A stretch of DNA of 64,000 bases, taken from sequence record NC_018855.1. One strand, 5' to 3'. How positions within the stretch are numbered: position 1 is the first letter of the stretch; each line of letters opens with the position of its first letter. This document shows positions 46,763-55,720 of this stretch, piece after piece. The position numbers and the translations under genes were made by a program. The notes under the pieces were generated by a model. It was not told the DNA's origin. It made no database searches and worked only from the letters and a program-made list of their open reading frames with translations. Source of the stretch: Escherichia phage HX01.

Positions 46763-47923
46763 ATGAATACTTTTAAAATCGGAACGAATTTTGATTTAGC
46801 TCTTCTTGATAAAATCGTAGAGCTCAATAAAACTTATCCTAATAGCTTGATAAACGAAGTATACGGCTCTACAAGAGAAATGGCTTTTGTAGCAGCCAGA
46901 CCTGATTTTAGGCTTCCTGACGTTGACAAAAAGATGTTAGAAGATTATGTTAAACGTTGTAACGAATTAGGTATTTGCTTTAACTATACACTCAACACGA
47001 TAAATCCTGGTTCAAAAAGAGAACTAGTTGAGTGGAAGAAGAAAGCTATTCAGGATTATGTTCAGTATCTTTGGTCAATAGGCGTATGGCGTATTACTAT
47101 CGCTAACCCTGTTGTTATGGAAATTGTTCGTGAAGTCAATAAAGACATTGAGATTGAAGTTTCAACAATTCTACATGTCGATGCTGTAACTCAAATCAAA
47201 TACTTGCATGACCAATATAATATCAAAAAGGTCTGCTGTGGAATTCATAAGAACCGTTCAGTTTCTTTCCTGAAACGTGCAGCAGAGTTTTGTAATAAGA
47301 ACAATATAATATTTGAAGTTCTTGTAAATGAGTTCTGTTCTAATGCTGGTAAAGGGTACACAACACATTGTAGCTATCGTGACTCTTGCTATATTTTCCA
47401 TAGCACCGATGTTACAGTAGATGATGCCAAATCCTTAAATGGATATCCAATGCAACACTGTATTAAAGCTCGTGATACAGATCCATTTAACTGGTTGAGA
47501 ACTCGTTTTGTTCGTCCTCAAGATTTGAAACTTTATAATGATATTGGTATCACTCAATTTAAAGTTTCGGGACGTACAGGTAGCACAGACTACATTTTGA
47601 AAGTTCTTGAAGCTTATGCTTCTGAAAAGTTTGAAGGCAATTTGTTGGAATTGTGGAAGCCTTTAGAGACCATTTTCACTCTTGAAAATGAGACCGAGTT
47701 TTCACATACAGTAAATATTGAAACCTCTTTGTTAGACGGCTTTTTAGAAAAAAGGTGGTTCAAACATCCAGATTTCGATTGTGCTAATGAAATCTGCGGG
47801 ACGACGTGTACATATTGTGAAAGATATTATAAACGTCAGTTATCTAAAAATGGGTTATCAGAAAACTCTATATCTATTATTGATATAACTAACTCTGATG
47901 ACGCTTTGAGGTACCCAGAATGA
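46763..47923 (+). CDS. peptidase-U32-family-like protein with Cys cluster
   Basis: FKVSGRTGS resembles the U32 LKIEGRTKS motif; EFCSNAGKGYTTHCSYRDSC and C-terminal CANEICGTTCTYC. Confidence 0.5.
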   Translation: MNTFKIGTNFDLALLDKIVELNKTYPNSLINEVYGSTREMAFVAARPDFRLPDVDKKMLEDYVKRCNELGICFNYTLNTINPGSKRELVEWKKKAIQDYVQYLWSIGVWRITIANPVVMEIVREVNKDIEIEVSTILHVDAVTQIKYLHDQYNIKKVCCGIHKNRSVSFLKRAAEFCNKNNIIFEVLVNEFCSNAGKGYTTHCSYRDSCYIFHSTDVTVDDAKSLNGYPMQHCIKARDTDPFNWLRTRFVRPQDLKLYNDIGITQFKVSGRTGSTDYILKVLEAYASEKFEGNLLELWKPLETIFTLENETEFSHTVNIETSLLDGFLEKRWFKHPDFDCANEICGTTCTYCERYYKRQLSKNGLSENSISIIDITNSDDALRYPE

Positions 47924-48000
47924 TTTCTAGAAAAACTTTTAACCACCAACTTAACGAAGAGATTTTGACTATTAAAATTAACAGCAACGAACAAATTCTT

Positions 48001-48025
48001 AAAAAGGCCCATAAGGGCCTTTTTG
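48001..48025 (+). terminator. possible terminator
   Basis: AAAAAGGCCC-ATAA-GGGCCTTTTT; lies inside a possible 51-aa ORF. Confidence 0.4.
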
Positions 48026-48161
48026 AAACTAAAGCGGCTAAAGTGATTAAAGAACCTGTTCAACTAGAATACTAAGCCGAAGCTCTACGTTATATCAACA
48101 TCGCTAAGAAATTCAAATAAGCTTTATGAATTGAGTATATAATAACTGTATTGAGGTAAAC

Positions 48162-48878
48162 ATGGGAAAACATAACACAATGAAATATATTAAAGCCGCA
48201 GATTTTCAATCCGCATTTAAAGCTGTCAATCGTGAAATTTTAGAAAATCCACAGTTCATTACTGATTCTCGTATTGGACGTTGTAATGAAATTGGGTCTA
48301 TGACAGTAGTTGTTGATACCCCTTCATCATTCAAAATGACCGACCCACGTATTAATCGCATCTCTTATGAATATGCTGAAGATTTCTGGAAATTTATGAT
48401 TTCTGGTGGTACTGATGCAAAAGAAGCATTTAAGGCATATCCTAACGTCGCTAAATTTATTTCTAAACCTAAATCAGACGCTTTGCCTGCAAACTTCAAC
48501 ACTTTCTATGGTCCACGAATTGCGGCCCAGTTACCAACTCTTCTAAAAGAACTTAAAGAAAAACCTAACTCTCGAAGAGTTGTGTTCCAAATTCTAGAAA
48601 GTTCTGATCAGGCTTTGCTTGATTCAGACGAAACACTTGAATATCCATGTACTGACTCAGTGACTTATTATATTCGTGATGGTAAGCTTTATACCCACTG
48701 TCATATGCGTTCTCAGAACTGTGCTGTTGTTATGCAGTTGGATTTTTATCTCCAAGGAAAATTACTTCATTATATCGCTAACGAATGTGGTGTAGAAGTT
48801 GGTGATTATACTCATACCATGGTAAGTGCCCATGTGTTTGAACGTGATTTTGATTATGTTAAAGGATTCCTTGACTAA
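48162..48878 (+). CDS. 42: thymidylate-synthase-fold pyrimidine hydroxymethylase (gene 42-like, divergent)
   Basis: RRVVFQI, PCTDSVTYYIRDGKLYTHCHMRSQN, QLDF align to TS / dCMP-hydroxymethylase core motifs, with Asp at the cytosine-specificity position. Confidence 0.65.
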   Translation: MGKHNTMKYIKAADFQSAFKAVNREILENPQFITDSRIGRCNEIGSMTVVVDTPSSFKMTDPRINRISYEYAEDFWKFMISGGTDAKEAFKAYPNVAKFISKPKSDALPANFNTFYGPRIAAQLPTLLKELKEKPNSRRVVFQILESSDQALLDSDETLEYPCTDSVTYYIRDGKLYTHCHMRSQNCAVVMQLDFYLQGKLLHYIANECGVEVGDYTHTMVSAHVFERDFDYVKGFLD

Positions 48879-49777
48879 TGGCTATTTTCCGCGTACCTAT
48901 TTTGAGTATGCGGTCTTATGAAACTGGACAGTATGCTATCCTTAAGGATGGCAACTTCCAACTTCATTTGCACCGTGCTAATCCGGGTGATGTGATTACA
49001 TATCCACGTAATGCATCTGATATTAAAGAATGTGAACGTCTTTTCCCAGAATTTAAGTTTGTTCCATTATGGTATAAAGATAACGCATATAACACTCGTA
49101 AATATTTCTGGTCTGAAAATGAATTTGTGGTTGATTCATTAATTGATTATTATGATTGTGATTTTCTAATCACAGATATCACTGGATATGACGGCACTTT
49201 TGACGTAGAATTCAATTTCAATATCACTGCAGACCCTAATAAACCACGTTTTTATATTGACGAATTCTTAAAAACCGACATGTTGTCTGTTAATCGTTCA
49301 CTTCAAACTACTGTGTTGAATGAACGTCAAAAAGAAGTGCTGGTTAACGCAGGTGCAGATGGTAATAAGATTATCGTAACGCAGAAAGTTATACGTCCTT
49401 CCATCATGCAGCGTCTTGTAGGTGATTTGGCCCCTATTCATCTAGATGGTATTTTTCATCCATTTCGAATTAGTGACCCGTGTTATCGTTTTGAACAAGT
49501 GGTTGAATGCGCAATTCAATTAGGTCAACCGCTTTATATAACCGATCCAAATAATAGCTTCGACAGAAATAAGTATCCTGAAGAAGCACTGATTCGAATT
49601 TTTAAACCAACTAAAACTGAGTACTATCAAATTCTTAAAGGAAGACCGAAGATTCAATATTTCGAAAATCCTGAAGAAGTATTCCATCCAGGTCTTGGCG
49701 AGTTCATCTACTTTAACGCTTTAATTTCTTCACCGTATAATATACCTAAATATGAAGATGTCGTAATCGAGGAATAA
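48878..49777 (+). CDS. hypothetical protein; candidate DNA glycosyltransferase by position
   Basis: 299 aa in the slot where T4 has beta-gt; no diagnostic motif recognised. Confidence 0.35.
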   Translation: MAIFRVPILSMRSYETGQYAILKDGNFQLHLHRANPGDVITYPRNASDIKECERLFPEFKFVPLWYKDNAYNTRKYFWSENEFVVDSLIDYYDCDFLITDITGYDGTFDVEFNFNITADPNKPRFYIDEFLKTDMLSVNRSLQTTVLNERQKEVLVNAGADGNKIIVTQKVIRPSIMQRLVGDLAPIHLDGIFHPFRISDPCYRFEQVVECAIQLGQPLYITDPNNSFDRNKYPEEALIRIFKPTKTEYYQILKGRPKIQYFENPEEVFHPGLGEFIYFNALISSPYNIPKYEDVVIEE

Positions 49778-49778
49778 A

Positions 49779-50327
49779 ATGGCTAAAATTATTTTAGTAG
49801 ATGGCCCAGATAATGCTGGTAAAACAACTTTCATTAATGACATAATGGAAATTAGTGAAAGATATGTAAAGATTGATTTCCCTAAACGAACAGTTGATGG
49901 ACGTTTCGATGTTAAGTCTCGAAATGAAGTTGGCTGTTTCGAAACGATGTTGAATTATTTAGACCCTACTAAGATTTATCTGTTAGACCGTGGATATATT
50001 AGTAACTGGGTTTATGGACGTATTCGACAAGATGCGGACTCGGTTCTTGACGTTTATGAACAGGATTATGTTCGTCTTTGCCAAAACCATGATGTGTTCA
50101 CAATTATTTTAACACGTAACGAAATGACTGAAAGTTTTGAAGACGACCTTATTACTTTGTCTTCATTCGGTTTTAATACAGTCATTTCATATTTTGAAGA
50201 GTTTGCAATTCATAACGAAATCCAAACGTATCAATTACTTAATCATGATGGTGCTAACAAAGTTATAGGATTTAATGCAAGCGAACGTAATGGTTTGATT
50301 ACAGAAATTATCAAATGGGCTCGTTAA
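49779..50327 (+). CDS. P-loop kinase (nucleoside/nucleotide or small-molecule kinase-like)
   Basis: Walker A VDGPDNAGKTT, LLDRGY motif. Confidence 0.6.
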   Translation: MAKIILVDGPDNAGKTTFINDIMEISERYVKIDFPKRTVDGRFDVKSRNEVGCFETMLNYLDPTKIYLLDRGYISNWVYGRIRQDADSVLDVYEQDYVRLCQNHDVFTIILTRNEMTESFEDDLITLSSFGFNTVISYFEEFAIHNEIQTYQLLNHDGANKVIGFNASERNGLITEIIKWAR

Positions 50328-50426
50328 GAGCCTGTTTAAAGTTTTAAATGCTGTATAACCCTTAGTATATAATCATTTTATCTTTTAAACATGAGTAAAA
50401 TATAATGATGCCTATGGAAAAATACA

Positions 50427-51599
50427 ATGTCTGATTTAAAATCTCGTCTGATTAAAGCTTCTACTTCTAAAATGACTGCAGACTTGACTAAGTCTAAGCT
50501 GTTTAATAATCGTGATGAAGTCCCTACTCGTATTCCGATGTTGAATATTGCATTAGGTGGTGCACTGAATGCCGGGTTGCAATCAGGCTTAACTATTTTT
50601 GCTGCTCCTTCTAAACACTTTAAAACGTTGTTTGGACTGACCATGGTTGCAGCGTATATGAAGAAATATAAAGATGCAATCTGTTTGTTTTATGACTCAG
50701 AATTCGGTGCTTCGGAATCTTATTTTCGTTCAATGGGTGTTGATTTAGACCGTGTAGTTCATACACCAATTCAGTCAGTCGAACAACTTAAAGTTGATAT
50801 GACTAATCAGCTTGACGCGATTGAACGCGGTGATAAAGTTATTATCTTTATCGATTCAATCGGTAATACTGCATCTAAGAAAGAAACTGAAGATGCATTG
50901 AACGAGAAAGTTGTAGGTGATATGTCTCGTGCTAAGGCACTTAAATCTCTTTTCCGTATTGTGACCCCGTATCTGACTATTAAAGATATTCCGTGTGTTG
51001 CAATTAACCATACCGCAATGGAAATTGGCGGATTGTATCCTAAAGAGATTATGGGCGGTGGTACAGGTATTCTTTATTCTGCTAACACTGTATTCTTTAT
51101 CTCTAAACGTCAGGTTAAAGAAGGTACAGAATTGACCGGTTACGACTTCACGTTGAAAGCAGAAAAATCTCGTACAGTTAAAGAGAAATCTACTTTCCCG
51201 ATCACGGTTAATTTCGATGGTGGTATCGACCCATTCAGTGGCTTGCTAGAAATGGCAACTGAAATCGGTTTTGTGGTTAAGCCTAAAGCTGGTTGGTATG
51301 CTCGTGAATTCCTTGACGAAGAAACAGGTGAAATGATTCGTGAAGAAAAATCATGGCGTGCTAAAGCTACTGATTGTGTAGAATTCTGGGGACCTTTGTT
51401 TAAACACAAACCTTTCCGAGATGCAATTGAAACTAAATATAAACTAGGTGCTATCTCTTCTATTAAAGAAGTTGATGACGCTGTTAACGACCTTATTAAT
51501 TGCAAAGCAACAACTAAAGTTCCGGTTAAAACTTCTGATGCTCCGTCTGCAGCAGATATAGAAAACGACCTTGACGAAATGGAAGATTTCGATGAATAA
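50427..51599 (+). CDS. uvsX: recombinase UvsX (RecA-like)
   Basis: MSDLKSRLIKASTSK...AREFLDEETGEMIREEKSWRAK matches T4 UvsX. Confidence 0.96.
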   Translation: MSDLKSRLIKASTSKMTADLTKSKLFNNRDEVPTRIPMLNIALGGALNAGLQSGLTIFAAPSKHFKTLFGLTMVAAYMKKYKDAICLFYDSEFGASESYFRSMGVDLDRVVHTPIQSVEQLKVDMTNQLDAIERGDKVIIFIDSIGNTASKKETEDALNEKVVGDMSRAKALKSLFRIVTPYLTIKDIPCVAINHTAMEIGGLYPKEIMGGGTGILYSANTVFFISKRQVKEGTELTGYDFTLKAEKSRTVKEKSTFPITVNFDGGIDPFSGLLEMATEIGFVVKPKAGWYAREFLDEETGEMIREEKSWRAKATDCVEFWGPLFKHKPFRDAIETKYKLGAISSIKEVDDAVNDLINCKATTKVPVKTSDAPSAADIENDLDEMEDFDE

Positions 51600-51933
51600 T
51601 CTCGATGATTTAAATCTAGAAATCGTTGATGAATCCCCTTCTTTGGAAGGGGAGGACATTCGCAAAGAACGAGTGTTTAATGAATCTCTTAAAATTGTCC
51701 GTTCAGCAATGGAAAATGTCATTCAAGAGATTCTGATTACACTTGAAGACGGTTCCCATCATATAGTCTATATTACAAAACTAGACTGGGTTGATGGTAA
51801 AATCGTAATGGACTTTGCAGTTCTTGACCAGGACAGAAAAGCAGAACTTGCACCACATGTTGAAAAATGTGTTACAATGCAAGTACAACAAGCTTTTAAT
51901 GAACGGACCAAGAAAAAATTTAAATTCTTTTAA
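51592..51933 (+). CDS. 40: gene 40-like protein (by position)
   Basis: 113 aa between uvsX and 41. Confidence 0.6.
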   Translation: MNNLDDLNLEIVDESPSLEGEDIRKERVFNESLKIVRSAMENVIQEILITLEDGSHHIVYITKLDWVDGKIVMDFAVLDQDRKAELAPHVEKCVTMQVQQAFNERTKKKFKFF

Positions 51934-51942
51934 GGAGTTATC

Positions 51943-53385
51943 GTGGTAGAAATTATTTTGTCTCATCTAGTATATGACCAGGCTTATTTTTCTAAGGTCT
52001 GGCCTTATATGGATTCTGAGTACTTTGAGCGTGGACCGGCAAAAAATGTCTTTAAAATTATAAAGAGCCACGTTAACGAATATAATGCAATGCCGTCTAT
52101 CAATGCATTAAAGGTGGCTTTAGATAACAGTTCTTTAACTGAAGCCGAATATAAAGGAACTTCAGACCTAATTGAAAAATTGGCTGATACTCCTGAAGAC
52201 CATGAATGGTTGGTTAAAGAAACTGAGAAATATGTCCAGCAAAAAGCGATGTATAATGCTACGTCCAAAATCATTGAGATTCAGTCTAATGCTGAACTAC
52301 CTCCAGAACAACGTAACAAGAAAATGCCTGATGTAGGAGCTATTCCTGATATTATGCGTCAAGCACTTTCAATTTCGTTTGATAGTTATGTTGGACACGA
52401 CTGGATGGAAGACTATGAAGCACGCTGGCTTTCTTATCTAAACAAAGCACGTAAGGTCCCGTTCAAATTAAACATTCTGAATAAAATCACTAAAGGTGGT
52501 GCTGAAACCGGTACACTGAATGTTTTAATGGCCGGTGTTAACGTTGGTAAATCTTTAGGCCTTTGTTCACTTGCTGCAGATTATCTTCAAACAGGTCATA
52601 ATGTTCTTTATATTTCTATGGAAATGGCTGAAGAAGTTTGTGCTAAGCGTATAGATGCAAACATGCTTGACGTATCACTCGATGATATTGATGATGGTAA
52701 CGTATCTTATGCTGAATATAAAGCCAAGATGGAAAAATGGCGTTCAAAATCCACATTAGGACGTTTAGTAGTTAAACAGTATCCTACTGGCGGAGCTAAT
52801 GCTAATACATTCCGTGCATTGCTTAATGAATTGAAACTCAAGAAGAACTTTGTGCCATCTGTAATCATGGTTGATTACTTAGGTATTTGTGGGTCTTGTC
52901 GTATCAGAGTTTACACTGAAAATAGTTACACATTAGTTAAAGCTATCGCAGAAGAACTTCGTGCATTAGCAGTAGAATCTGAAACAGTTCTATGGACTGC
53001 AGCTCAAGTAGGACGTGCAGCATGGGATGCTTCGGATATGAACATGAGCGATATTGCAGAATCAGCAGGTTTACCAGCAACGGCAGATTTCATGTTGGCC
53101 GTAATTGAAACCGAAGAACTTGCACAAGCTGAACAACAACTTATCAAACAAATCAAATCACGTTATGGTGATAAGAATAAGTGGAATAAATTCCTGATGG
53201 GTGTACGTAAAGGCAACCAGAAATGGATTGAGATTGAGCAAGAAGGCATGAACACACCTAACACAGTAAATGAAAACGCAGGTGCTCAGATGCGTCAGGC
53301 AGAGGTGAATCGTACGGAACGCGTAGGTAAAGCCAAAGCAACACGTGCTGACCTAGATAGCTTAGCCAATGAGTTAAAATTTTAA
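51943..53385 (+). CDS. 41: replicative DNA helicase gp41 (DnaB-like); GTG start
   Basis: MVEIILSHLVYDQAYFSKVWPYMDSEYFE; Walker A GVNVGKS; GTG 51943 after SD AAGGAG. Confidence 0.95.
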   Translation: MVEIILSHLVYDQAYFSKVWPYMDSEYFERGPAKNVFKIIKSHVNEYNAMPSINALKVALDNSSLTEAEYKGTSDLIEKLADTPEDHEWLVKETEKYVQQKAMYNATSKIIEIQSNAELPPEQRNKKMPDVGAIPDIMRQALSISFDSYVGHDWMEDYEARWLSYLNKARKVPFKLNILNKITKGGAETGTLNVLMAGVNVGKSLGLCSLAADYLQTGHNVLYISMEMAEEVCAKRIDANMLDVSLDDIDDGNVSYAEYKAKMEKWRSKSTLGRLVVKQYPTGGANANTFRALLNELKLKKNFVPSVIMVDYLGICGSCRIRVYTENSYTLVKAIAEELRALAVESETVLWTAAQVGRAAWDASDMNMSDIAESAGLPATADFMLAVIETEELAQAEQQLIKQIKSRYGDKNKWNKFLMGVRKGNQKWIEIEQEGMNTPNTVNENAGAQMRQAEVNRTERVGKAKATRADLDSLANELKF

Positions 53386-53390
53386 TAAAA

Positions 53391-53408
53391 AGGAGACTTC
53401 GGTCTCCT
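53391..53408 (+). other. TTCG-loop hairpin after gene 41
   Basis: AGGAGAC-TTCG-GTCTCCT. Confidence 0.5.
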
Positions 53409-53414
53409 TTCGGG

Positions 53415-53444
53415 GTTTACATCTTCCTCTAGGCGTGATATGAT
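53415..53444 (+). promoter_or_regulatory. early promoter
   Basis: GTTTAC 53415-53420. Confidence 0.45.
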
Positions 53445-53473
53445 GTACTTACACAAACCAAGAGGAAAACATT

Positions 53474-53848
53474 ATGAATATGTCTCAAGCAATTTTTACT
53501 GCAATCACCGAAAACACAACTGTTGAAGTAGTTTCTCCGCTGGCAACCTACGTTATTCTTGCACCTAAAACTATTGTATCTCGTATGGAAAACATGGGCA
53601 AACGTATCGTACAAATTGTTGGAGCCGGAAATCAAAAACTTGATTATCTACGAACCATCAAAGCTTATGAACATTTCCAACTCGAAAAAGGTTCTCCTAT
53701 CCAGGTAGAACTCGTAAATGGTGATATCGTTCGAGCAATGTTCCATCATTTCTATGCATTGAATGACCCGTCTAAAGCGGTTCGTTTAATTGCATACGAC
53801 GCAAACCAAAACGAAATCAACGCAGATGTATCTAAATTACGTTTTTAA
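53474..53848 (+). CDS. hypothetical protein
   Basis: 124 aa, SD AGAGGAAAA. Confidence 0.6.
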   Translation: MNMSQAIFTAITENTTVEVVSPLATYVILAPKTIVSRMENMGKRIVQIVGAGNQKLDYLRTIKAYEHFQLEKGSPIQVELVNGDIVRAMFHHFYALNDPSKAVRLIAYDANQNEINADVSKLRF

Positions 53849-53899
53849 GTTTACTTCTCCGGTAGTTGTGTTATTATAGACCTATCAACTACTGGAGAA
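53849..53899 (+). promoter_or_regulatory. early promoter with inverted repeat covering the ribosome-binding site
   Basis: GTTTAC 53849-53854; 14-bp inverted repeat TTCTCCGGTAGTTG 53855-53868 / CAACTACTGGAGAA 53886-53899 (one G-T pair). Confidence 0.55.
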
Positions 53900-53903
53900 C
53901 AAA

Positions 53904-54221
53904 ATGAAAACCATCGATTGTAAAGCAGAATTTAAGATTTTTTATCACGGTTCAAGTAGTTCAGCTAACATCGAAAACATGCTTTGTCCTCCTGAGGAAA
54001 CAGGAGTTCTGTCTGAAACTGGACGTAAGAAAAACTTGGATCGTGTATTCTTTACTGAAGATATCGGTTTAGCAAAGATTTATGCAGGACGAGCAGCACG
54101 CTCTTATGGAGGTGAACCACGTCTCTATCGAGTAATTTCTCCGGTAGACGTAGTTCAAATGAATAATACTAAAGGTGCTACAGTTTATCACGCTGAATGG
54201 GCATTTTGCGAGGAAATATGA
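53904..54221 (+). CDS. hypothetical protein
   Basis: 105 aa. Confidence 0.55.
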   Translation: MKTIDCKAEFKIFYHGSSSSANIENMLCPPEETGVLSETGRKKNLDRVFFTEDIGLAKIYAGRAARSYGGEPRLYRVISPVDVVQMNNTKGATVYHAEWAFCEEI

Positions 54222-54409
54222 GCAAATTAACTAAAGTTACTTTTACCGGTTGGTTTAAAAGCGGTGAGATGTTCACTAAAGATATCATGTTATCAGGTGA
54301 TCGCGAAGAAATCGAGTGGGTTGCGGTACAACTTGCTGAAGTGAACAAAGCATTAGTTAAAGCATTTGTTAATGACGAGAAAGTTTTTGAAGCTGATTTC
54401 AGAGGATAA
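54218..54409 (+). CDS. dmd: Dmd (antitoxin against host RnlA/LsoA)
   Basis: MSKLTKVTFTGWFKSGEMFTKDIMLSGD...EVNKALVKAFVNDEKVFEADFRG matches T4 Dmd from memory; ATGA-coupled. Confidence 0.85.
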   Translation: MSKLTKVTFTGWFKSGEMFTKDIMLSGDREEIEWVAVQLAEVNKALVKAFVNDEKVFEADFRG

Positions 54410-54410
54410 T

Positions 54411-54623
54411 ATGTATTCAACCGTGTTTAAACCATCAACATACGAATTTGCATCAACTACACAATGGAAAGCTCTTATTCTGGAAGGATGGGAACTAATG
54501 ATGGACTGTGAAGCATCTGAAAAGTTTCCACACGGCAAAGTGGACTTCGTTAAATTTGCTGTACGTCCGACTAAACGACAGATTCGTCAAGAAAAACGCA
54601 AATTTCGCAAAAGTTTAAAATAG
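54411..54623 (+). CDS. hypothetical protein
   Basis: ATG 54411 after SD AGAGGA. Confidence 0.5.
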   Translation: MYSTVFKPSTYEFASTTQWKALILEGWELMMDCEASEKFPHGKVDFVKFAVRPTKRQIRQEKRKFRKSLK

Positions 54624-54625
54624 CT

Positions 54626-54655
54626 GTTTACAAGCATCGCATACTGTGTTACTAT
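54626..54655 (+). promoter_or_regulatory. early promoter
   Basis: GTTTAC 54626-54631, TGTGTTACTAT. Confidence 0.5.
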
Positions 54656-54683
54656 CTTTCTATCAACTACAGAGGAAATTGAA

Positions 54684-55052
54684 ATGAAAAAATTAATCGC
54701 TTTAGCAATGGTATTTGGATTAACCGGATGTGGTGCCAACGGCTTTATCCCTAATAATGTTGGGCAACTGATTTACAATCCGAATGTTAAACAGTATGAC
54801 CAACCTAAAGTTGAAGTGGAAGACCCGGTTACTGTAGGTAATCGAATGATTCAAGCTGATGCCCATGCTCAACATTATCGTGACTCTGATACTGTAGCAT
54901 TGCCAAAAGAACAACGCGTTAAAGAACATTGTCTACAGGCTACTGAAATCGCATTCATTCGCTATGTTGAAACAACTGGTAAAGAGCCTACCCAGAAACA
55001 AATCGCAAATAACTACGTCCAGTGTATTGAACGTTTAAACAAATTTAATTAA
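54684..55052 (+). CDS. predicted lipoprotein
   Basis: Signal peptide with lipobox LTGC. Confidence 0.6.
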   Translation: MKKLIALAMVFGLTGCGANGFIPNNVGQLIYNPNVKQYDQPKVEVEDPVTVGNRMIQADAHAQHYRDSDTVALPKEQRVKEHCLQATEIAFIRYVETTGKEPTQKQIANNYVQCIERLNKFN

Positions 55053-55113
55053 TTGGTTTACGCCAAAGTTAAAACAAGATATTATAAACATAACAAATCA
55101 AGAGGAAATTAAC

Positions 55114-55362
55114 ATGGAATTATTCGTAGCTAGTTCAGTAGCGGTTTTAATCGCAGGTATTGGTTCAATCATCATTTACATGTTGCCTTGGGTAATCGCA
55201 CTTATTCGTGGCACAAAAAGCACAACAGCAATCTTTTTTGTATCTTTACTCTTTAACTGGACGATGATTGGTTGGATTGGAACTTTAATTTGGTCTATCG
55301 TTGCCGAAAAGAAATCTGCCCAGCAGCCTCAACAAGTAATTATTATTCGCGAAAAAGAATAA
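55114..55362 (+). CDS. small two-TM membrane protein
   Basis: 82 aa, two hydrophobic helices. Confidence 0.6.
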   Translation: MELFVASSVAVLIAGIGSIIIYMLPWVIALIRGTKSTTAIFFVSLLFNWTMIGWIGTLIWSIVAEKKSAQQPQQVIIIREKE

Positions 55363-55366
55363 ACTT

Positions 55367-55400
55367 GTTTACATTATAGATGGACTATAGTATAGTAGTC
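55367..55400 (+). promoter_or_regulatory. early promoter
   Basis: GTTTAC 55367-55372; GGACTA/TAGTCC inverted repeat. Confidence 0.5.
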
Positions 55401-55425
55401 CTATCAAATCAACTAAGGAGTTAAA

Positions 55426-55719
55426 ATGAAAAAGTTATCATTGGCAGCAATCTTACTTGCAGTATCATGTGCACCAGCTCCAGTTACGGCAGGTTATGAT
55501 AAAGACCTCTGTGAGTGGTCAATGACTGCAAATCAAGAAGATGTTGAACAACAAATCTTCTCTGATATCATGAACATCACTAAACGAGACCGTCCTAATA
55601 TGGTTAATAAAGTTGTTGAACAACTTAAGTCTGGCGGTATCATGCAGTACAACTATGTTTTGTATTGTGACCCTAATTTCGATAACAAAGATATCGTAAC
55701 CGAAATCACAGGTGAATAA
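55426..55719 (+). CDS. sp: Spackle periplasmic protein
   Basis: 97 aa, signal peptide, GYDKDLCEWSMTA...SGGIMQYNYVLYCD matches T4 Sp from memory. Confidence 0.8.
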   Translation: MKKLSLAAILLAVSCAPAPVTAGYDKDLCEWSMTANQEDVEQQIFSDIMNITKRDRPNMVNKVVEQLKSGGIMQYNYVLYCDPNFDNKDIVTEITGE

Positions 55720-55720
55720 T

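Noticed and set aside
47920-48075. 51-aa ORF starting by ATGA overlap after the U32-like gene
   Set aside because: It spans a terminator-shaped hairpin (48001-48025) and has no other support.
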